64,000 nucleotides of DNA from Octopus bimaculoides (Eukaryota), in assembly GCF_001194135.2 (NCBI RefSeq), contig NC_068982.1, forward strand, positions 75,434,279 to 75,498,278. The letters are read 5' to 3'. Of this stretch, positions 55,845-64,000 are shown one piece after another. Both the position numbers and the translations under genes were made by a program. Each line of letters begins with the position of its first letter. Position 1 is the stretch's first letter. Under the pieces are notes generated by a model. It saw nothing but the letters and a program-made list of their open reading frames with translations, was not told the DNA's origin and made no database searches.

Positions 55845-56042
55845 TATGAGGAGGTGCTGAAGAGTTCCTGGTTTTAAGGGTATCACAAAAGGCTTGGTTG
55901 GCGACCCAACTTTTGAGTTCTTTCACAGGGCTTAGAAAAACTGAAGGACTACTGCAATAAGTGTGTGAATCTAAAATTATAAGTAACTAATCCTCCTGCA
56001 TTTTCTTTTAGCCAAAGCCAAGAACTTTGCAGCACCCCATAT
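55845..56042 (+). mobile_element. Mariner-derived MITE, second copy
   Basis: Same TIRs and interior as 36523-36741. Confidence 0.85.
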
Positions 56043-56094
56043 ATACATTTTCTACTGTAAATTCATTATCATTACATAAATATTTTACAACAGT

Positions 56095-57463
56095 ATATAC
56101 CCATACTAGATTATCTATAATATACATATATACATCAAAATACACAGATGCATGCACCATGCACATAGTTACATACATATACAGGCATCTATATGTAAGA
56201 CATAAATATATGCATAAATACACATATACATATATGCATGCAACCATGCATGCACATAAAAATCTCTTGGTGTATACATATACAAGTTAGTTATAACAGA
56301 CAAGAGAGATAGGAAGTATATCTAAAATGTAGGGAGGGGGAAAGAAAAAGAAAAGAAGAACCCTAAACATAACAGCTAGCGATGACAGCCTTATAGTCAC
56401 CCATAATTTAAATGGCCATGAATTAGATAAGCTTAGGAAGGTTCTAATTGCTTTCTTCCAAAGGATGGGTTTATGGATTACAATGGATACTAACCTTAAA
56501 AATGTAGATTTCTTAGATATAAATTTAGATTTACAGTCAGATAAATTCAAACCTTACTGTAAGCCTAATGATAAGCTATCTTATATTAGCAAATAATCCA
56601 ATCATCCGCCAGTTATTCTTAGGAACTTAGTCAGAAATGTAGGTTGATGAATATCATCAATTTCTTCAGATGAGACAGCATTTCAAAATGCTGCACCTTA
56701 TTACAATAGTGCATTAAGGAATAGTTGATTCTCTGAGAAGATCCGATATAACCAACTTAATGCTAGCAGTAATGCAACATGTAGAACTAGGACTAGGAGG
56801 GTCTTGTGGTTCAACCCAATTTTTAATATGGCTGTAAAAACAAATATAGGTAGGGAATTCTTAAAATTAGTCTCTAGACATTTTCAACCTAACCATAAAT
56901 TTTACAGAATATTTAATAGAAGAACAATTAAGATCAGCTATTCTTTTTGCAGAAACTTCGCCTCTTTCATTAACCAGCACAACAACAAGATAACTGCAAA
57001 TAGCCACAGTGCCAATTCTTTTCCAAAGAATTGCAATTGCAAAGATTGGACTTCCTGTCCGTTTAAGATTTTATTTTTATTCCATTTTATTGTATTTTAC
57101 AAACCCATTTAATCGTTATATTTATAGATAATTCGATATATGGTATTCCATTTTGCATGTCTTTTATCCGATTTTTATTATTAACACTTAGCAATTTTTA
57201 AAAGAGTTGTTTGTATATATATACGTTAGGACCTAGATATGTTTTTATGTGTATCTCTTGTCTGTTATAACTAACTTGTATATGTATACACCAAGAGATT
57301 TTTATGCATGTGCATGGTTGCGTTCATATATGTATATGTGTATATATGTATTTGTGCATATATTTATGTCTTACATATATACACCTGTATATGTATGTAA
57401 CTATGTGCATGCATTTGTGTATTTTGATGTATATATAGTATAGATGGTCTAGTATGGGTATAT
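56095..57463. repeat. ~210-bp inverted repeat (56095-56307 vs 57254-57463) flanking the Penelope-like remnant
   Basis: ATATACCCATACTAGA...GTTAGTTATAACAGACAAGAGA matches the reverse complement of the right arm with a few substitutions and indels. The right arm runs into the N-gap. Confidence 0.9.
56381..57112 (+). mobile_element. Penelope-like retroelement RT C-terminal/linker remnant (pseudogenised)
   Basis: One frame: DDSL...NLKNVDFLDINLDL...FKPYCKPND...SNHPP...WFNPIFN..VKTNIGREFLKLV..HF..IFNRRTIKISYS...CNCKDWTSCP, with four in-frame stops. No GIY-YIG motif is visible. Confidence 0.8.
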
Positions 57464-57843
57464 NNNNNNNNNNNNNNNNNNNNNNNNNNNNNNNNNNNNN
57501 NNNNNNNNNNNNNNNNNNNNNNNNNNNNNNNNNNNNNNNNNNNNNNNNNNNNNNNNNNNNNNNNNNNNNNNNNNNNNNNNNNNNNNNNNNNNNNNNNNNN
57601 NNNNNNNNNNNNNNNNNNNNNNNNNNNNNNNNNNNNNNNNNNNNNNNNNNNNNNNNNNNNNNNNNNNNNNNNNNNNNNNNNNNNNNNNNNNNNNNNNNNN
57701 NNNNNNNNNNNNNNNNNNNNNNNNNNNNNNNNNNNNNNNNNNNNNNNNNNNNNNNNTTAATTGAAATGACCAATGAAACAAATCCATATTTAAAGGTGTA
57801 TCCTTTAACTAGTTTTGATTATATTGTTATTTCTGTTCCATTT

Positions 57844-57898
57844 TAACAAAACTGTCTGACAAACGGGAACGTGAAACTCTGAGTAACATCTTTTGTTA
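57844..57898 (+). ncRNA. Minimal type I hammerhead ribozyme (Penelope pLTR-type), one core substitution
   Basis: Stem I TAACAAAA-c-TGT / ACA-tc-TTTTGTTA; core CUGACAA (canonical CUGANGA); stem II ACG-ggaa-CGU; GAAA; stem III ACUC-u-GAGU; triplet GUA. Confidence 0.75.
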
Positions 57899-57937
57899 TA
57901 TTTCTGCCGCTTTTAAATAAAGTATATATATATATAT

Positions 57938-57978
<41 letters not shown>

Positions 57979-58587
57979 GGGCTTCTTTCAGTTTCTGTCT
58001 ACCAAATCCACTCACAAGGCTTTGGTCGGCCTGAGGTTGTAGAGGAAACCACTTGCCCAAGGTGCCACACAATGGGACTGAATTCAGAACCAGGTGGTTG
58101 GAAAACAAGCTTCTTACCACACAGCCAATGTCTATATATATAAATGAATGAGTCCCCAAGTGTACTATAAAAAGTAAGAAGTGCTTTCTACAGAGAATGC
58201 GTGAGCATTAAATGTGGTTACTCTGTGTATAGAGATAATATTCTTCTCCATTGGTACATATGAATGTGTATACACACATGGTATAGGAATTCCACATGCC
58301 TGAGTGGAAAACTGAGATACCTATCTCTCTTTCTCAGCCTCTCCTTGCCTCTTTGTATGTGTGTGTGTGATAATATCTGAGAGCAAGATGAGATGGAATG
58401 ATATGTAATTTTAAAATATGTCTATACAACACACACATTCACCGTATAACTTTTAGCATACTACTCACATTTTACATATTAGAGTGTACAATTTAATTTC
58501 TTACATAGGTGCTGATAATGAAAAATACGTACAAATATATAATACCTGAACATGTGAGTGTGTTCTAAAATTGCATTACTACTTTAA

Positions 58588-58803
58588 CTCTTTTGTTATT
58601 ATATCTCAGTTGAAATATGCTGCCTTTATTCCAAATGAATTTGAAATTAATTAGGAATTTTTTAAATATCTTTGTTATTATTGAGCTGGTATTTGGAGCA
58701 TAAATCAACATGAAATTTTAACAGGCACTTTTAATCTACAGCACTTTACAACAGGAAGTTTATATCATGGAACCAATGGCAGTTTTGGTTGGTATCAAAA
58801 GGG
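58588..58803. mobile_element. piggyBac-like MITE
   Basis: TTAA|CTCTTTTG...CAAAAGGG|TTAA. Confidence 0.5.
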
Positions 58804-59612
58804 TTAAATCACTTTTAAGGATAACAACTAAGCATTTACTGTTGGTATGACTCTATAGTTGATCTTCATAACATATACACATATACATAATGGTGCTCCC
58901 TAATGCTAGTATCATGAAAAAAGTACCTAGTTCATGTTGTAGAGGCTGGCATTAGGAAGGGCATCAAGCTGTAGAAGCCATGCCAAAGCAGACAGTGGCA
59001 ATGCAGGCTTTGGAACAAATGGATCCTGTCAAACCATCCATACCAGCATGAATGATTGATGTTAAATGATGATGATGATGATGATGAAAATAATGGTTAT
59101 GATGATACACATGCACACATACACGATTATAAATATGTGTTTACATCAAATATATTCTATAGAATCAAAAATACACACACACACATACATGTGTGTGTAT
59201 AACGATATAGAATATGAAGACTTGTTCATCCTCAAAATTTATTTCTTTGTATTTTACAATTTTATATATAGGCATTAAATACTGATTTATGTCATTAGCC
59301 ACCTGTACATCTTTGTTACATATTTATATTCTGTTCACCTAACTTGGAATCTGCACTTCAGAAATACTATAGAAAGTACCTTCATAAAAAGTACATGTCT
59401 GAATTACCAAGAGCGGATATCTTCACTTAGCTGGGTTGTGTTGTCTACACAGATGACAAGAATACTAGGTACAAATACTCCTACACAGAGTCTTGATATT
59501 CAATATTCAAATAATATTGTTGGGGGTGTGCAGGTTATACCAAACTAGTAAGGTGTCTCAATTGAAGTACCTAATTCAACTGAATCTTAATTATATATAT
59601 ATATATATATAT

Positions 59613-61714
59613 CGTCATCATCATCATCATCATCATTTAATGTCTGCTTTCCATGCTGGCATGGGTTGGANNNNNNNNNNNNNNNNNNNNNNNNNNNNNN
59701 NNNNNNNNNNNNNNNNNNNNNNNNNNNNNNNNNNNNNNNNNNNNNNNNNNNNNNNNNNNNNNNNNNNNNNNNNNNNNNNNNNNNNNNNNNNNNNNNNNNN
59801 NNNNNNNNNNNNNNNNNNNNNNNNNNNNNNNNNNNNNNNNNNNNNNNNNNNNNNNNNNNNNATGTGCCAGTAAGGCAATGCTGGCAACGATCACACTTGA
59901 ATGGTGCTTTTTACGTGCCATCAGCACAAGAGCCAATCCGTGGCCCTGGCAATGATCATGCTTGGATGTGCTTTTAACATTCCACTGGCATGAGTGCCAA
60001 TCAGGCGGTACTGTTATTGGCCAATCAGGTGGTACTGTTACTTGATTTGATTTCACTTGCCTTAATAGGTCTTTGCAAGCAAAGTTTATTGTCCAATGAA
60101 TGAGGAGTATTCATAAGTGGGCTGGTTACACCCACTGGCATAGGCCATGGGCTATGGTTTCACTTGGCTTCTCAGGTCTTCTTAAGCACAGCATATCTCC
60201 AAAGGTCTTGGTCACTAGTCATTGCCTCGGTAAGGCTCAATGTTTGAAGGTCTTGCTTCACTACCTTATCCCAGGTTTTTCTGGATTTATCTCTTCCACA
60301 GGTTCCCTCAACTGCTAGGGTGTGACACATTTTCACACAGCTGTCCTCATTCATTCGCAACACATGACTATACCAGCGCAGTAGTCTCTCTTGCACACCA
60401 CATCTGATGCTTCTTAGGTCCAATTTTTCTCTCAAGGTACTTACACTCTGTCAAGTATGCACACTGACATTACACATCCAGTGGAGCATACTGGCTTCAT
60501 TCCTTGCAAGCTTATGCATGTCCTCAGCAGTCACAGTCCATGTTTCACTGCTATGTAGCATGGCTGTTCTTACACATGCGTCATACAGTCTGCCTTTTAC
60601 TCTGAGCAAGAGGCCTTTTGTCACCAGCAGAGGTAGGAGCTCTTTGAACTTTCCCCAGGCTATCCTTACTCTAGCAGCTACACTTTCAGAGCATCCATCC
60701 CCGCTACTGACTTGGTCCCCTAGATAATGGAAGCTATCAACTACTTGTAGTTTTTCCCCCTGGAATGTGACAGAAGCTGTTCTCTTCACATTTTCAGTGT
60801 TTATAGCACCTGAGCATTTGCTACATACAAAAACTTCCCAGTTAGCCTTCCTTTAATATTGCTGCACCTCTTATGTGTCCATAGTTTACACTGAGTATAT
60901 CTCATAGAGTTTCTACCTATACCTTTTCTACAGATTGAGCAGGGCCATCTACCTGAAGGGATTTGTGGTTTGTCTGCCTTCCTACTTGTTAAGAGTTTGG
61001 TTTTAGCTAGGTTGACTTTAAGACCTTTCGATTCTAATCCTTGCTTCCACACCTGAAACTTTTCCTCTAGTTCCAATATTGACTCAGCAATTAGAGCAAG
61101 GTCATCAACATAGAGGTGCTCCCAGGGGCATCCTGTCTTGAATTCCTCTGTTATTGCCTGGAGCACTATGATGAATAAGAGGGGGCTGAGGACTGATTCT
61201 TGGTGGACCCCTATCCCTACCCAGAATTCTTTACTGTACTTGTTGCCAACCCTTACCTTACTGACAACACCCCAGTACATGGCTTGCACAGCTCTCACTA
61301 ACCATTCAGCTATCCCTAGTTTCCTCATTGACTACCAGATAAGGGATTGGGGGACCCTGTCAAAGGCTTTCTCCATGTCAACAAAAGCCAGATACAGAGG
61401 TTTATCTTTGGGTAGGTATTCCTCTTGCAGCTGTCTTTCCAGAAATATAGCATCAGTGGTGCTGTTCCCTGGCACGAACCCAAACTGCATCTCATCTAGA
61501 CTAATTCTCTCCCTAATTAGTTGGGCTATGACCCTCTCCGTGACCGTCATTACCTGATCCAACAACTTGATACCTCTGTAATTATTTGTATCTAAAGCGT
61601 CACCTTTACCATTGTAGTAGTTGACTATGGTGCTGCTACACCAGTCATTGGGTATGACTCATTCATGTATCACCTGGTTAACTGTACAGATGACTAGGCT
61701 ATAGCCGACACCTC
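59613..61714 (-). mobile_element. 5'-truncated RTE-clade LINE with RT, frameshifted, (GAT)n tail
   Basis: Consecutive ORF pieces: NYRGIKLL...QFGFVPG...DMEKAFDRVP; GVHQESVLSPLLF...LYVDDL...GLKVNLAKTK; FHYLG; RLLRWYSHVLRM. 3'UTR with tandem subrepeats and ...GCATGGAAAGCAGACATTAAATGATGATG tail. Confidence 0.92.
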
Positions 61715-61717
61715 CAT

Positions 61718-61807
<90 letters not shown>

Positions 61808-62801
61808 GCTATTTTATAACATGTATCTATATAGCAGAAATATATAGGACTACAGTTAGATGCCTTCCTTCTTGATATCAACACTCACCTGTTTCCATGC
61901 AAGCCAATAATCTTTCAGTCTGTTGAACAACGAACAGTCTAGACATGCTTTTGTGCTTGATTACTAACAAACAACACTATATGAAATGTGAACTTTTGTT
62001 TATAACCAGTGTGCACCCATATTAGGATAAAGAGAATACAAACAGTCACGTGCCCAAACACACACAGACAATTGTCACCATCATCATCATTTGAAAGTTC
62101 ACAATTTCATGCTTGTGTGGAGCAAACTAAATTTGTTGAAGGTTGTTTCTACAACTGAATGCCCTTCCATTTGCCAACTCTCATTTGCTTCCAAGCAAGG
62201 TAATATTTTCAAATGGTCAGACCATATTTCCACAAAAGTTTGGGAACAAACAACATTGCATGTATGATGGTGATACTCATTCACAACTAGTGCACGATGT
62301 CAATACACACACACACACATAAGCAAAGGACTTCTTTCCAAATCCTCTCACTAGGATTTGGTCAACCTGGGGCGATAGTAAGGTACTATGCAGAGGGATG
62401 CAACTCAGCTACAAAACCAGGCAGTATATGAAGCTTGCTTCCCAACCACATGGTTTTTAATTCAATTCCACCTGCATGGCACCTAAGGCAAATGTTTTCT
62501 ACTATAGCCTCCAGCTGACAAAAGCCTTGTTAGTGGATTTAGAAGATGAAAACTAAAAAAAGCCCATCATGTGTGTGTGTGTGTTTCCTTGTCTTGACAT
62601 TGCAAGGTAGTTGTAAAAGAGTGTCATTCATTTTCAGTAATTTGCAAAAACATGTCTGGCCATGGGGAAATAATAATTACCTTGCTTGGACACAGGTAAA
62701 AATTGGTGTCAGAAAAGGCATATGGTTGTTGGAAAGCTTTTTCTAGAAACTCTGACTGACCTATGCAAGCATGGAAAATGACAGTGAAGATGATGATTAT
62801 G

Positions 62802-62823
<22 letters not shown>

Positions 62824-62833
<10 letters not shown>

Positions 62834-63040
62834 AAGAAAATGGAATTCCCAAGATTTTTCATTACTCACTACAATCATTTTTACCATTGTGCACCAGTAC
62901 CTCATGGGTGAGATGTACAAACAGTTGTGGTGTATCATAGGTGCAAGCATCTTCCTCACAAGGTACTGGAGCATGGTGGGTCAAAATGATCATAGTGGAT
63001 AATAATGAATCTCCTGAATTCCATTTTCTTTTTCTCATAT
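62824..63040. mobile_element. Unclassified MITE with ~26-bp TIRs
   Basis: ATATGAGAGAAAGAAAATGGAATTC vs reverse complement ATATGAGAAAAAGAAAATGGAATTC. Confidence 0.6.
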
Positions 63041-64000
63041 TTTATAAATTATGTACATGAAAGAATTCCTGAAGTAAATCCAGTGGCATTTACATCCATA
63101 CTGTTGATGGTATCAGATAGCTCAATACAGTGAATGGGTTTTAAATGGCATACAACAAGTTGTATACCCAAATTTAAGATTACTTTACATAGTCAATTCA
63201 AATAAAAAACAAAACAAAAAAAGAACACGAGGACATGCACAAGAAATGTATTAGCTTGACGCTTGGTGAAAGGAGAGAATTTGATGTTTCAGGCATAGCT
63301 CTTTGTTGGAAAGTAGAAAAAGGGAAAAGTCTGAAGATGGAGAAGACACCTCATCACTATTTCATCTCTCCCCACTTGCTCCCACTGCTCTCTTCTAAAA
63401 TGTTTGTAGTCATACTCCTTTACAATAAAAATGCCTATCCTGCACTGGCACCTTCTTTCATATTTACCCCTCATTTTCTAGTATAAAACTTCCCCTTTGA
63501 GGTTGAGTCTTGCAAGCTGCATAACAACCTCATTAGTTATAGTGGCATGAAAAAAAGATGCCTTCCAGTACATTCTCTAGAGTGGTTGGTATTATAAAGG
63601 CCATCCAGCAATAGAAACCATGTCAAAAGCAAACACTAGAGGAGGATGCAATTGTCAGACACATCAGGCTCTGTTAAACTCTTCGTGCTCCATACTGGCT
63701 TGGGACATGGATGTCAAACGACTCATATAGGCATGGAGAAGCAGACATTATATATGATTTTATATATGCATGATACTCACACACATATACCCACTCACAC
63801 ACATACACTATATAATATATATATATATACTTTCACACACATATTTGTACACTTTCACTGATTTGAGTCATTTAACTATGGCCATGCTGGGGTTAACTAA
63901 TCAAATTGACATAGTACTTATTGTTTGCCTATTTTTCTTCAATTGCCTAGTTACAGAGATGTGAACAAATACTGGTTGTCAAGCCATGACACATAAAGGC

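Larger units (their letters stand above)
12619..59860. other. Assembly gaps (N-runs)
   Basis: 12619-12758, 17234-17708, 23449-23479, 29874-29883, 31423-31726, 33469-33478, 36778-37204, 57464-57756, 59671-59860. Confidence 0.98.

Noticed and set aside
56595-56730. In-frame UGA codons in the Penelope-like frame as possible selenocysteines
   Set aside because: A TAA is also present. Two UGAs sit where CGA (Arg) is likely and one at the conserved SGF glycine, so this is ordinary decay.
12510-59977. Long ORFs of 100-260 aa in the track that are rich in X, C/V/Y/I, H/T or L/S/F
   Set aside because: They are translations of N-gaps and (CA)n, (TA)n, (GA)n or (AAT)n repeats.
16300-61714. RTE coding fragments are mostly on the minus (GNB5-sense) strand
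   Set aside because: The sample is too small, and RTE tail elements occur in both orientations.
62867-63037. Minus-strand ORF MRKRKWNSG...HNGKNDC ending at a phase-1 GTGAGT, which would splice in frame to the AG before the GNB5 ATG
   Set aside because: It lies entirely within the TIR-bounded MITE, its ATG is in the TIR, and it has no similarity to anything I recognise.
1-64000. CRISPR arrays, rRNA genes or prokaryotic operons
   Set aside because: No regularly spaced repeat-spacer array, no rRNA-like conserved blocks, and no long intact ORFs anywhere.

Overview
This is AT-rich, repeat-saturated eukaryotic genomic DNA from a gapped short-read scaffold with 9 N-runs. The SINE/LINE repertoire and microsatellite load look like Octopus (inference). 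One real protein-coding gene is supported, and the ORF track misses it: the first three coding exons of G-protein beta-5 (GNB5) on the minus strand at 53009-52892, 9536-9400 and 2588-2547. They splice in frame to 99 aa, with a 43.4-kb and a 6.8-kb intron, and the gene continues off the left edge. The rest is decayed transposons (RTE, CR1, R4/Dong-like and Penelope-like retroelements, mariner/Tc1 remnants, MITEs, several tRNA-derived SINE families) and simple repeats. Most listed ORFs are artefacts of microsatellites or N-runs. The most interesting signals are: (i) a 469-bp head-to-head palindromic insertion in GNB5 intron 2 with a 13-bp target-site duplication, each arm being tRNA-like head + (AAT)n + minimal hammerhead ribozyme; (ii) a Penelope-like remnant with an inverted repeat and its own hammerhead; (iii) a candidate frame-preserving 42-nt GNB5 cassette exon; (iv) an RTE family with a PHD finger inside the RT domain; (v) a DD36E Tc1-like remnant. 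Repeat boundaries are approximate unless stated as exact.
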